Source of the DNA: Octopus sinensis
Taxonomy: Eukaryota
Reading direction: 5' to 3'
Length of the DNA: 64,000 nucleotides
Assembly: GCF_006345805.1 (NCBI RefSeq)
Contig: NC_042998.1
Coordinates: forward strand, 164,176,001-164,240,000
The notes under the pieces were generated by a model. That model was not told the DNA's origin. It was given only the letters and a program-made list of their open reading frames with translations, and made no database searches. A program made the translations under genes and the position numbers. Shown in pieces: positions 26,911 to 38,837 of the stretch (the first letter of the stretch is position 1; the number at the start of each line of letters is the position of its first letter).

Positions 26911-28246
26911 TTCTTTTTCTTTTATTCTTTTTATTTTTTATTCTATTTATTATTTTCATTTTTTTTTGTTCTTTTCTTCCCTTTTACGATCCCTCTTGAT
27001 CGAAAACCTACGCCACCCCCTTTTTTTCATCCCCCAAAAGAAAAGCTCTACCTTGTAACTTGTCCCATCTGTGTGCAGCCCTGTGTGGCCAATAGAGGAA
27101 CTTATCTATCTATCTATCTATCTATCTAATCCCTAGAAAATTATATAACTGACTCCAAAGCATTTCTGTGCATGATACTTATCAAACTTACTACACACAT
27201 ACGCGCGCGCATAGAGCTCTTCTCTCGTCGGACGGCAATATTCAACCGGCTGTACCCCCCCCCCCACACTATTTTTTTTTTCCGATAATTTCCTCCGATT
27301 TTTGATTTCGACGAGGAAGTTTATGAACTCTCTCCTTGGCAAATTTTTTCGAAGTTAATATTTTTACAAATTCTCCCTCCTTCCTAACTTTTGATTATTA
27401 CCCACCAAACGCCTCCTCCGTTTAGCGAATAGTTTCTCTCTCTCTCTCCCTCTCTCTAGATAGATATAGACAAACAGACACATGTGTGGTGTGTAGATTT
27501 AATTTTAATGCAATGTATATATTTTTCGATAAGCTAAAAAAATATTGGTCTTTAATGTATGCACATGCATGTGTCTGATCTGTACTCACACACACACACA
27601 CACACACACACACATTTTAATTGAATGGGATATACACGCAGTCATTTATAAATGGAATGTGCATGTATATATTTTAATATGCACACGAACACATACTCGT
27701 TTTAACGGAATGTTACGCACATGCTCTTGGAAATATCGCGCACATGCTCATGTTTTAATGACATACACACACGCACGAAAGTCTTGATACAAGCGTGTGT
27801 GGTTGGTTGACTGACAAGTTTGCTTGGCGTCCGTCCACATGGTTACCGTTCCAGTTGCACTGCGCGGCATTTGATGCGAATGTTTTCTACTAGCCCTAGT
27901 CTTACCAATGTCTTTTTTGAATGAATTTGGTTGACAGTTTACGCGCAGAGTCGCTTTTCCTTGTGTGTGTGCGTGTGAGAGAGAGATAGAGGCGGAGAAA
28001 GTTTGTCTCTCCGCTTCACAGTGAGTATTGGCTTATCTCCCAGTAATTTAGCGTTTGGACAAAAAGATACCGATAAAATAAGTACAGGACATGAAAAAGG
28101 TTTTACGCGCAGAAGCCCTTTTCCTTGTTTGTGTGTGTGTGTATATGAGAGAAAGTAAGCGAAAGAGGCGGAGAAAGTTTGTCTCGCCGCTTCACAATGT
28201 ATATTGGCTTATCTCCCTGTAACTTAGTCTTTGGACAAAAGGATAC

Positions 28247-28640
28247 TCTTTTACTTGTTTCAGTCATTTGACTGTGGCCATGCTGGAGCACCGCATTTAC
28301 TTGAGCAAATCGGCCCCTGGACTTACTCTTTGTAAGTCTAGTACTTATTCGATCGGTCTCTTTTGCCGAACCGCTAAGTTATGGGAACGTAAACACACCA
28401 CCATCGGTTGCAAAGTGATGTTAGGGGTGGGGGCGAACACAGACACACACACACACACACGCATACATATATACGACGAGCTTCTTTCGGTTTTCGTCTA
28501 CCAAATTCACTCACATGGCTTTCTTTGGTCGGCCCGAGGCTGTAGTAGAAGACACTCGCCCAAGGTGCCACGCAGTGAGACTGAACCCGGAACCATGTAG
28601 TTCGTAAGCAAGCTACTTACCACACAGCCGCTCTTACGCC
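28247..28640 (-). mobile_element. Family A SINE, full length
   Basis: Tail to head homology. Confidence 0.85.
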
Positions 28641-29085
28641 TATACCGATAAAATAAGTTTTAAAAGTAATGGGATCGATTGATGGCTAAACTTTTCAAGG
28701 CGGTGCCTCATGAAACAAAGTATGTTTTTTCTTTAATGTAGGGCACATATTTCTAAGTTCGGATTCCGCTGATATCGATTTCGCCTTTCATCTTTTCGGC
28801 GTCAATAAAATAAGTACCAGCTGAGCAGTGGGGTCGGTGTATAATCGACTAACCCTCTCCCCCCGAAATTGCTGGCCTTGTGTCAAAATTTGAAACTAAT
28901 TTAGTCACTTCACTGCGGCCATGCTGGAGCACACACGTTTTTTTTTTTAGATTATTCGAGTGCGTCCAACACAAAAATATATTCTAACACACAAAAATAT
29001 ATACACACACACGCGCATTATTGAATGTACATACCCAAATGTACGAGTAACATGCATGCTTACGGGCACACACCCACGCGCGCGT

Positions 29086-29124
<39 letters not shown>

Positions 29125-29333
29125 CGCGCCCGCGCATGAGTGTGGAATTTGTACAATGTGAGAATAACGACTAATACCGCAAATGTGACATTTCACAGAA
29201 TCACACGCTCATTCTGTCGTGCTCATGCATGCGTGGACAGCTATAACAAACAACTCTGGCGAAGAATTTTCCACGGTCTGTCGAATGAGAAAAAGAAATA
29301 AGAAACAAATAAAGCACTGATGTTTTTGTTTCT

Positions 29334-29365
<32 letters not shown>

Positions 29366-29539
29366 TCTCTCTCTCCCTCTTTCTCCCTCTCTCCCCCCTC
29401 TTTCTCATACCCCCACACACCTTTGGTCAATTATGAAATACCAGTCGTTCTTGGACTTTCGTGGCGTTATCACTCCTGTACAAGTTTTAAAAAATACCGG
29501 AATATTTTAATGAAACTGTAGCTAATATTGCTTTCAATT

Positions 29540-29920
29540 TTTGGCACAATGCCAGCAATTTCGGGGATGGGGGCAAGTCGATTTCATTGATCCTAGTGCT
29601 CAACCGGTATTTATTTTATTGAACCTGAAAGGATGAAAGACAAAATCGACTTCGGCGGGATCTAAACTCAGAACGTAGAGACGGACGAAATACCTATTTC
29701 TTTACTACCCACAAGGAGCAGAGAGGACAAACAGGGAAAGACAAACGGATTAAGTCGATTATATCGACCCCAGTGCGCAACGGTACTTAATTTATCGACC
29801 CCGAAAGGATGAAATGCAAAGTCGACCTCGGCTGAATTTGAACTCAGAACGTAGCGGCAGACGAAACACCGCAAAGCATTTCGCCCGGCGTGCTAACGTT
29901 TCTGCAAGCTCGCCGTGGTT
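29540..29920 (-). mobile_element. Family B SINE, two tandem units
   Basis: Repeated gaaaggatgaaa..aaagtcgacctcgg..aactcagaacgtag. Confidence 0.8.
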
Positions 29921-30045
29921 TACTATCCACATTTCTTTACACCATCCCATTCAGCTAGGGCTTCTTTTTAGGTATTTGTGTGGATTAGTAGCCCCTTCCT
30001 GTTGTTTTTTTTTTAATAAAATTACTTCTAACTAAAATTATTACG

Positions 30046-30175
30046 TAACGCATTTACTCGTGTATAAACCGCATTCTTAATTTCGTGTTAACTCTTGGTA
30101 CAAAATGCTTTCCCTTCATAGTTTTAGCCTTGTCCCGTATTTAAATCGCACCCTAGGTTTTTTCCAGTTAAAATT
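30046..30175 (+). mobile_element. Terminal fragment of a Tc1/pogo-like MITE
   Basis: taacgcatttactcgtgtataaaccgca resembles TACCGTA-type termini. Partner end not found. Confidence 0.35.
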
Positions 30176-30465
30176 ACATAACAAAATAATATCGATTCGT
30201 GGCACATTATCATATTTCTGTTCACTAATAACACTTATTCGTACTCGTATTTGAATTCCGATAATGATTTTTTTTAATGTATTTAAAATATAAGTATTTC
30301 TACCTAATTTTAGGATTTTACTTTAGAAAAATCACATTCCTTTTGAGTACCAAACGCCTCTTTGTAAGCTCACCAGTGCCTCCAAGAGGGTTACTACTTC
30401 TTTAGTTAAGATTCATTGTGATAGACCAACCTATGACTGGAAGTCGTAATTGTTATATATATATA

Positions 30466-30960
30466 CTAGGTCGTAACCGTCGCTACGCTGCCGGTGAAAA
30501 TATTTGTTAATCATGCGCGTACATTCATAAATTGTTCTATGGAAGTCTTTGTTGAAAGTCTGCCTTGCGTTGTCTCTAAGGTTATCGTGTCTTTTTTTTT
30601 TTTTATACAAATTCTCGTCCTTCCATTTTTTTGTCCCCTTTTTTGCAAGGAAGTGTTTCTGCTCAAGTACTTTGTTTTTCTTCAGAACATCTTTCTAATG
30701 GAACTTTTCTTTCTTGCTTCCCAGTTAAGTATGGTCTTTGAATTCAAAAAAGTTTGCGTTCTCTCGAAGGTATCAGTTCTAACGCGATATTGGGATTAAC
30801 ATTCCATAACGATTACCCATAATGCCTTTCAAAAAAGTTGAGTACAGAACTTTTTGTCTGTCCTTTTTATGGCAGTAGGATGTGATTTGATGGAGATTTG
30901 CCTATTTAGTCCGGAATGATTTTAATCAGGAAGTTTTCCTATTGAACTTGACTTTCACGA
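30466..30960 (-). mobile_element. Helitron-like 3' end with internal unassigned sequence
   Basis: Minus strand ends ccggcagcgtagcgacgg (imperfect hairpin) ttacgac CTAG|T. 5' boundary uncertain. Confidence 0.5.
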
Positions 30961-30992
30961 AGTCATCGATATTGATATTTATTATCTGTTAC

Positions 30993-31362
30993 ATATTTCA
31001 GTCATTAGACTGTGGCCATGCTGGGGCACCGATTTGAAAAATTTTAGTCGAACGAATCAACCCCAGTATTTATTTTTTTAAGCACCGTATTATTTGTGGG
31101 GGTCTCTTTTGCAAACCAACTAAGTTACGGGGACGTAAACGCACCAACAACGGTTGTCAAGCAATGGGCGAGGTGACAAACACAGACACAATGACGCGTG
31201 TATATTTATACATATATACGATGGGCTTCTTTCAGTTTCCGTCAACCAAATCCACTCACAAGGCTTTGGTCGGCCTGAGGCTATAGCAGAACACACTTGC
31301 CCAAGATGCCACAAATGGGACTGAACCCGGAACCATGTGGTTGGGAAGAAAGCTTCTTACCG
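30993..31362 (-). mobile_element. Family A SINE, full length
   Basis: Tail to head homology. Confidence 0.85.
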
Positions 31363-31912
31363 CATAATCTCGTTTGAGCTTTGAAATTTTTTTTCAATTC
31401 AGTCCAAATTATAATTATCGCCTATCTATCTAATTCACTAGATCTACCCCATCTCCCTACTTCTCCCTCTCATTTCCCCCCAGCTTGATGTCGCGATATA
31501 TAATAATAGCATACTGTTTGAACAGATATTATGACGTTTTCAAATGAAATTGTGTCCATATTGGACGTTGCACATTCGAATATTCGGTCAGATTCTAGTC
31601 ATAGTACAGAATCTCCATATAATAGTTTTCTTTTTTTTTTTTTTTTTGTTTTGTTTTTTTTTTGTATTCATTTACTGCTTCCATGTTTGTTTGTCATCCT
31701 GGATCTCTCGCTAACCCGTCTCTGTCTCCTCTCACTTCTCTCTTTCTCTCGGGCTATTTGTTTAAGCGTTATATAAAAATCGCTTTAACTAACTAACCCC
31801 TTTTCTGCTCACAACATGACATTTTGTTTTGGTGTTGAGTAATAAATGACTCAGTGTGTGTGTGTTCGTTTGTGAATGTGTCTGTATGTATGTATGTGTG
31901 TGTGTATATATT

Positions 31913-31961
<49 letters not shown>

Positions 31962-32544
31962 CAAACCAACACACGACCTATAGTCAGCTCCTTTGTTTTG
32001 ATCTTGTTGTGGAGACCGTCTCGCTTCGTTCGACTATGAATTCTAGGTACCTGGTTTCAGCATTGTCTGTGTCTATAATACGCCTTTCACGTATATTCAT
32101 TATATATATGTTTACGTTATAAGTTTAGAAACTTGGAAAGTGAAATAATTCACTTATAACAGTCAAACTCAAAGTAAATAAACCAATAAATTGATAGCGT
32201 GTAAATAGCATCGTCCAGTGATAGGACTTCGGTCTTGGTTGCAGAACATGTGAATTCGAGACCCACTGGCAACCTTCGACATTTTGTATCCTAAGGGTCT
32301 CTTAACCGAATATTAACATGCTATAAGGTTTATGTACTTCAGATTCAACCTCTCTCTCTCTCTCTCATTTATATAATCATCAGACCAGCAAGTCTATCCC
32401 AATCTACAAAGTAACTACTGCCCATTATGAAGTATTGAACCTTCGAACTCAATGAGTCTTTACTCTACAAACATATTAAGCTTTCGTCTCTTTAGCAATG
32501 CATTCTTAATGTCCCTGTACATCGTGCATGCGCGCAAATCTGTG

Positions 32545-32578
<34 letters not shown>

Positions 32579-32774
32579 AGACGTTATGAGTGGTCAGTGA
32601 GTATGGGTTTCTTATCTATGAAGCGCTTAACTGTATGTATATATGTATGTATGTGGAGGCGCGTAGCTTAGTGGTTAGGGTATTACACTCATGATCGTGA
32701 GTAAATTTGGAAGACGGATACTGTGTAAAAGTCCATCGTAATGTCTGTCTGTTGTACATGCATACATATATAAA

Positions 32775-32925
32775 GTGCTTAGTGTTAGGAAGTGTGTCCA
32801 GTTGTAGAAACCATGTCATAGCCGACAGTGGAGCACGATACTGTCATTGGACTCGTCAGATTCTGTCAAACCGTCCGCAAATCATGTCACTATGGAAGAG
32901 TGATGATAGAAATGATGATAGAAAT
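32775..32925 (+). mobile_element. RTE 3'UTR fragment
   Basis: ttaggaagtgtgtccagttgtagaaaccatg...ctgtcaaaccgtcc...atgatgat, homologous to 62320-62463. Confidence 0.55.
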
Positions 32926-33202
32926 CGTTAATAATAAATCAATTGATTGGCTTGAAATTTTGGCACAAGCCCAACAAGTTCGGGAGAGGGGTTAAGTCGA
33001 TCACATCGACTCTGAAAGGATGAAAGACAAAGTCGACCTCGGACTCAGAACTTATGGACGGACGAAACGTCGCTAAGCATTTTGCCCGTCAAGCTAAAGA
33101 TTCTGCCATCCCGCCGGAAATATTGTTGTAGCTGAGCGTTAAGAGCCAATGACCAAAGTAACTGAAAATATCCATTTCTAAAACGCTTCTACTGCTACAA
33201 TG

Positions 33203-33500
33203 TGGAGGCACAATAGCCCAGTGGTTAGGGCAGCGGACTCGCGGTCGGAGGAACGCAGTTTCGATTCCCAGACCGGGCGTTGTGTGTGTTTATTGAGCGA
33301 AAACACCTGAAAGCTCCACGAGGCTCCGGCAGGGGGTGGTGGCAACCCCTGTTGTACTCTTTCGCCACAACTTTCTCTCCTGTTCGTTGAATAACGCTGC
33401 GATGGACTGGCGTCCCGTCCAGTTGGGTGGAACACATACGCTACAGAAACCGGGAAACCGGGCCCAAGAGCCTTGCTAGGCTTGAAAGGGGCGACGTTTA
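33203..33500 (+). mobile_element. Family C tRNA-derived SINE; related copies at 22752-23049 (-), 37081-37410 (+), 40020-40200 (-), 55287-55432 (+)
   Basis: ggaggc(g/a)ca(t/a)ggcccagtggttagggcagcggactcgcgg...gtttcgattccc...gtttattgagcgaaaacacct. Confidence 0.8.
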
Positions 33501-34159
33501 TCGTTATCTACTGCTACAGTAGCTAAGTGAGAGTAACGATTAGTAGACAAAAATTTCATCCGGGGAAGCTTAAAAATCTAAGAACAGAAAACTGGGATAT
33601 AACTCTTTTTGGAGCAGTTGGTGCGTAATATTTGTTTGTTCATGTTTGTTTTTTTGTTTTTTTTTTTGTTACAGATATTAGTCACTACAAGATAGTAAGA
33701 AGGTAGGGGTTCCAATTTGAACATAGTGAAATTGGCTGTGAGTTTTTACAGCATAGATATCGCTATCTGGCGATTGTTATTGCAGTGGAATGGTTGATAA
33801 ACATCTCACTAGTAATGCTAGTTGGGACAGGCAAATTGAGATAATAACAGATCCAGTTATACGTAGCGAGGGAACTGATAAATGTGTGTGTGTGTGTGTG
33901 GCAAAGAGAAACGGGGAGAAAGAGTGAAGGTGAAATAATTACTAATGTCTCTAAATGATAGAGAATGTGAAGCGGATTTATCAGCTGTAAAATACCTAGT
34001 TTGAAAGACAGTGATACGTTAAATTATGTTCACATTTGACATACACACGCCCGCACGGGGACGAACATTAGCTGTATAAGTGTTTGTGTATGCTACAATT
34101 CATACAAACTCTCAATTAAACATGCAAATACATACAACGCTCATATGTATGTGTGTATG

Positions 34160-34211
<52 letters not shown>

Positions 34212-34356
34212 TAGTTGATCCAAACATGAAAACACAAAGAGAAAACACAACGCGAGACGTGGAACAAGTATAGTATTATTGGACGCTAGATATATATATA
34301 TATATATATATATATACTCACACACACACGCTTGTATAGATGTGTGTGCGTATGCA

Positions 34357-34406
<50 letters not shown>

Positions 34407-34472
34407 TATATATACACACACACAAACACACACACATCACGCTTGCTTGTATAGATGTGTGTACGTATATGC

Positions 34473-34507
<35 letters not shown>

Positions 34508-34639
34508 CACACACACACACACACACACACGCGTGTATAGATGTGTGTATGTATGCATATATATACACACTTGTGTATGTATATTTATAAATTGTGTACG
34601 TATGTGTACATATATGTATACATTTGTTTGTGTATATAT

Positions 34640-34688
<49 letters not shown>

Positions 34689-34830
34689 ATATAAAGCAGA
34701 CGCTCAGGGAAGGAAAGAAAGGTGGTTTTACGTTTCAAGCAAAGCTCTTCTTCAGAAACAGGGGACAGAGGAAAGTCCAATAAAAAAGGGAGACGTGGGG
34801 GATTGCCAACTATTCACGTGGTTACGCATA
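34212..34830 (-). mobile_element. Penelope-like terminal-repeat fragment split by a 417-bp microsatellite block
   Basis: 34212-34287 and 34699-34760 are contiguous in the uninterrupted copy at 18476-18595 (reverse complement). Carries the hammerhead motif. Confidence 0.55.
34725..34759 (-). ncRNA. Minimal type I hammerhead ribozyme motif (Penelope-like element type), catalytic core intact
   Basis: Minus strand reads GUUU CUGAAGA A GAGC UUU GCUU GAAAC GUA AAAC. Stem I GUUU/AAAC, core CUGANGA and GAAA, 4-bp stem II, loopless palindromic stem III ACGU, GUA cleavage triplet. Confidence 0.65.
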
Positions 34831-35509
34831 CATACATATAGATAGATGTTTATATTCATGTGGGTATGTGTTTGAGTGTATGTGTAAGAGAGAAATATTT
34901 GATACATAATCTGTTATATTTTGTATATGTTTATATGTAGATATATGTAGGTATACCTACATTTTCATATAATGTATATAATGTGTAATAATAAATGCTT
35001 TTGAGGGTTCGCACATACACACGCATATACATGATAGAAGTGATGTATTTTTGTACATATGTGTGTATAACCCGCACACGCATGTAACACGCACTCACAC
35101 AATATGCACAGTCATTCGTACACACAAACACACGAGCCATAGATATAAAGTGCTGACGTGCCCTGGACTTTGTTTTGGTTTCTAAAAACAATATGGAGAA
35201 ACTGGGTTACAGAGTGGAGGGCAGCAGCAACGGCGGGCTGGAATGGAGGTCTCATGAGATTAACTAACCCCTATCCTCTCCCCCTTCATTTTTCCTTCTC
35301 TTCCTACTCCCTTCTCCCACACTTCCTCAACCCACCTCCATTACCACACTCAGCAGTAGCAGCAACGTCGACAATATCGTTAAGTGCTTATTTGTCATTT
35401 CTAATTATTTAAACCTTCTCACCCTCGCTGCACTTCCCCCAACACTCTATTGACCAACTCCTTGTACTCTTCAATAATTACTGAAACCAAAGAAACAATA
35501 GTATTAATA

Positions 35510-36040
35510 ATAATAATAATTTCAAATTTTGGCACAAGGCCAGCAGTTTCAGAGGAGAGGTTAAGTCGATTACGTCGACTTCACTGCTCAACTTAGTACT
35601 TAGTTTATCGACCCAGAAAGGATGAAAGGCAAAGTTGACCTCGGCGGATCATAATGACCCTTTCTACTCTACTAGGCACGAAACCTGAAATTTGTGGACA
35701 GGGGGACTAGTTGATTACTGCTACCTATTTCATTAACCCCGAAAGGATGAAATGCAAAGTCGACCTCGGTGGAATTTGAACTCAGAACGTAAAGGCGGAT
35801 GAAATGCCGCTAAGTATTTGCCCGGCGTACTAACGGTTCTGCCAAATCGCCGCCTTAATAATATTACTAGTGGGGAGGCTAATCGATTACATCGTCCCCA
35901 GTGTTTAACTGATACTTATTTTATCGGCCCCGAAAAAAATGTAAGACGGAGTCAACGTAGGTAGAATTTGAACTCTGAACGTAACAATGGACGACATGCC
36001 GTGAAGCATTTTGTCGGGCCTGCTAACGATTCTGCTAGTA
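35510..36040 (-). mobile_element. Family B SINE cluster (about 3-4 truncated copies)
   Basis: Repeated gaaaggatgaaa(g/t)gcaaagtcgacctcgg and ctaacg(a/g)ttctgc motifs. Confidence 0.75.
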
Positions 36041-36204
36041 CAGTACCACTAAGCATGGTTTTCTTAATGATTTCTTTTCTTTGACACGAGGGTGAGAGGA
36101 ATAATAGCCAACATACGCTCATGATAAGCTTTTTCTCAAGTCGGACATGGTTACTTCACGCATCATATTGAAATTTATCGGTTTTTTATATATACATATA
36201 TATA

Positions 36205-36365
36205 CACGCGCGCTAGCCACTGCACATTCTTTATTTTCTCTCCTTGTCTCTTTCTGTGTTCCTTTCTGTGGAAGAGAATAGGCTCGAAACGTCAAAGACT
36301 TTTTCACTTCCCGAGCGTTATACTGATACATCTGATGATTGTCTGCACCACCCGTCTTCGCCTTT
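36205..36365 (+). mobile_element. Penelope-like terminal fragment (second family)
   Basis: Contains the hammerhead motif followed by aaagactttttcacttcccgagcg, flanked by microsatellite. Confidence 0.45.
36262..36297 (+). ncRNA. Decayed minimal hammerhead motif (A6U core change)
   Basis: CUUU CUGUGGA A GAGA AUAG GCUC GAAAC GUC AAAG. Stem I CUUU/AAAG, GUC triplet. Confidence 0.5.
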
Positions 36366-36894
36366 TGTTGGGTTTTTTTTGGGGGGGGAGGGGGAGGTTG
36401 TGAATTCTCCATATATATATATAGTGTAGGGGTGTGAAACTATGACTTTCCAGAAACCGCCTGATGAGGAAATCTGCTACGAATGATCCGTATATCTTGT
36501 TTCTGTCCTGTTTGCTGTTTATGTTATCGCTTATGTTACCTTTGATTTATCGATGCGGCGCATCGTACAATCTGTTGTTTACTTTGTTAAAAGATGTATT
36601 CCGTATGTATGTATATATGTGTGTGTGTATGTATGTATTTCTTTAAGGGTACTTCTAAATGTGATTTTTGCGTGCACTCGCACAAGGATGCATGACTTAT
36701 ATGATTAAAACGTTTGCTTTACGGCCACGTGTTCAGTTCTACAGCATTGCATCTTCTTCGGCAAGTTTCTTGGGGCTGGACAATGTTTTGCTGGAGAAAC
36801 TGTTGAACGGGAAGTGTGCGAAAGCATGTCTTCTGATTTGCCTATACACACACACACACACACACACACCACGCATACACACACGCATACACAC

Positions 36895-37069
36895 ACAAGT
36901 GGTGTTGAAAGCCTAGCTGGGGGCCCAAACTTCCAAGTTTTTTACAGGGCTTAGAAAAACTGAAGGACAGTTGCAATAAGCGTGTGAATCTGAGAGTTGA
37001 ATGAAATCGTAATTAACTGATCCTTCATTTTCTTTTACCCAAAACCAGAAACTTTTGAACACCCTTTCG
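36895..37069 (+). mobile_element. mariner transposase C-terminal remnant and right TIR
   Basis: Frameshifted QGLEKLKDSCNKRVNLR..VE* resembles a mariner C-terminus. Ends aaacttttgaacaccctttcg|TA, a mariner-like TIR. Confidence 0.6.
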
Positions 37070-38177
37070 TATATAATTATGTGGAGGCGCATGGCCCAGT
37101 GGTTAGGGCAGCGGACTCGCGGTTTCGATTCCCGACCGGGCGTTGTGAGTGTTTATTGAGCGAAAACACCTAAAGCTCCACGATGCTCCGGCAGGGGATG
37201 GTGGTGATCCCTGCTGTACTCTTTCACCACAACTTTCTCTCACTCTTACTTCCTGTTTCTGTTGTACCTGTATTTCAAAGGGCCGGCCTTGTCACTTTCT
37301 GTGTCACGCTGAATATCCCCGAGAACTACGTTAAGGGTACACGTGTCTGTGGAGTGCTCAGCCACTTACACGTTAATTTCACGAGCAGGCTGTTCCGTTG
37401 ATTCGACGGAGTGCTTCCATATAATAATTATGTGTGCGTGTTCACGTGTCTATTTTGAATATTTTGGGGGCTGTAAGTCAGTTGCGCATGAATATATTCA
37501 AATATTAACCACATGTGTAAAAGAAATATGTTCATAATATATAGGTAGATACATAGCAACACCGTTTCTTTCAGATAGTTAAAATATAGTTTGCAGTACA
37601 AAATATCAAAATACTTATATTATGGAGAATAAAAGATTTGCGATACACACGTACGTGTGTGTATGTGTGTGTGAAAATATTAGTTCTTTCAAATGTCGGT
37701 GGTTACAATAATGTGGAGTACAATATATCTATGAATGCGTTAATACTGACCATATGTATACACGAATATATTCGCCCACGGAGATACTGTAAATATTATG
37801 TTCAGGTAAATTAGTAATTGTAGAATACAGTAATAATAATAATAATAAAAATTATAATCAAACAAACGTGTATACAATGGAAGTTACAAGATAGGTATGG
37901 AAGGAAAATGAAATTGATTTTTATTTAACTGTTATTAACGATTATGTAACAGAATAGCGAAGTTTTCATTCTAAGTTTGTTGATTTCTCGGTAACAGGCC
38001 AGTAGTTTGCAAGAATCGCCCGAGGGAAGGACTAACTTCTGTTGCCTGCACAGGGACGATGGGTGGGTCGATAAAATAAAGTTGTGAAGAAATACTAACC
38101 TGGGTGGGGTTCCTAGTACAAAACACTCATATTCACGACTTGCGTACGTTTGTGTTTGTAATATGTATATTATTCGT

Positions 38178-38705
38178 ATTTGTTTCAGTCATTTGAGTGC
38201 GGCCATGCTGGAGTATCGCCTTTAGTCAAACAAATTGACCCCCAGGACTTATTCTTTGTAAGCGTAGTACTTATTCTAGCGGTCTATTTTGCCGAACCGC
38301 TAAAATACGGGGACGGTAACGCACCAACATCGGTTGTCAAGCGATGGTGTCGGGACAAACAGACAAACAAATACATATATATTTATATGTATATATCAGA
38401 GTAAGCACATAAATGTGAAACAAGGTGGAAAAAATAGTACTCGATATACAGTAGGTAGAGCATATTTACTTTATTAATGAAGGTGCAGGGACATCACAAA
38501 AGCTATTACTCAGTTTTTGTGATGTCCTTGCAGTTTTATTAAAGTGTGTGTATATATACACACACACACACGATGGGCTTCTTTCAGTTTCCGACTACCA
38601 AATCCACTCATAAGGCTATAGTAGAAGTCACTTGCCCAAGGTGCCACCCGGTGGAACTGAACCCGGAACCGTGTGGTTAAGAAGCAACCTTCTTACCACA
38701 CACAC
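38178..38705 (-). mobile_element. Family A SINE interrupted by a nested insertion
   Basis: Tail 38178-38398, head 38570-38705. Confidence 0.8.
38399..38545 (-). mobile_element. Probable Penelope-like fragment inserted in the microsatellite of a CORE-type SINE
   Basis: cagagtaagcacataaatgtgaaacaaggtggaaaaaatagtactc sits between the tail (38178-38398) and head (38570-38705) of one SINE and ends in a hairpin. Family call from recall. Confidence 0.4.
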
Positions 38706-38751
38706 ATATGGAATTGACATATACCCATTAGTCAATACACACACACACACA

Positions 38752-38785
<34 letters not shown>

Positions 38786-38804
38786 TATATATATATATAT
38801 ATAA

Positions 38805-38837
<33 letters not shown>

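Noticed and set aside
29140-29200. KCHICG in a minus-strand ORF suggesting a zinc finger
   Set aside because: No C2H2 spacing or linker, and the ORF runs into microsatellite.
33203-33275. tRNA-like sequences at SINE heads (also 37081, 40478, 32200)
   Set aside because: They continue directly into SINE bodies and lack a complete cloverleaf, so they are not tRNA genes.
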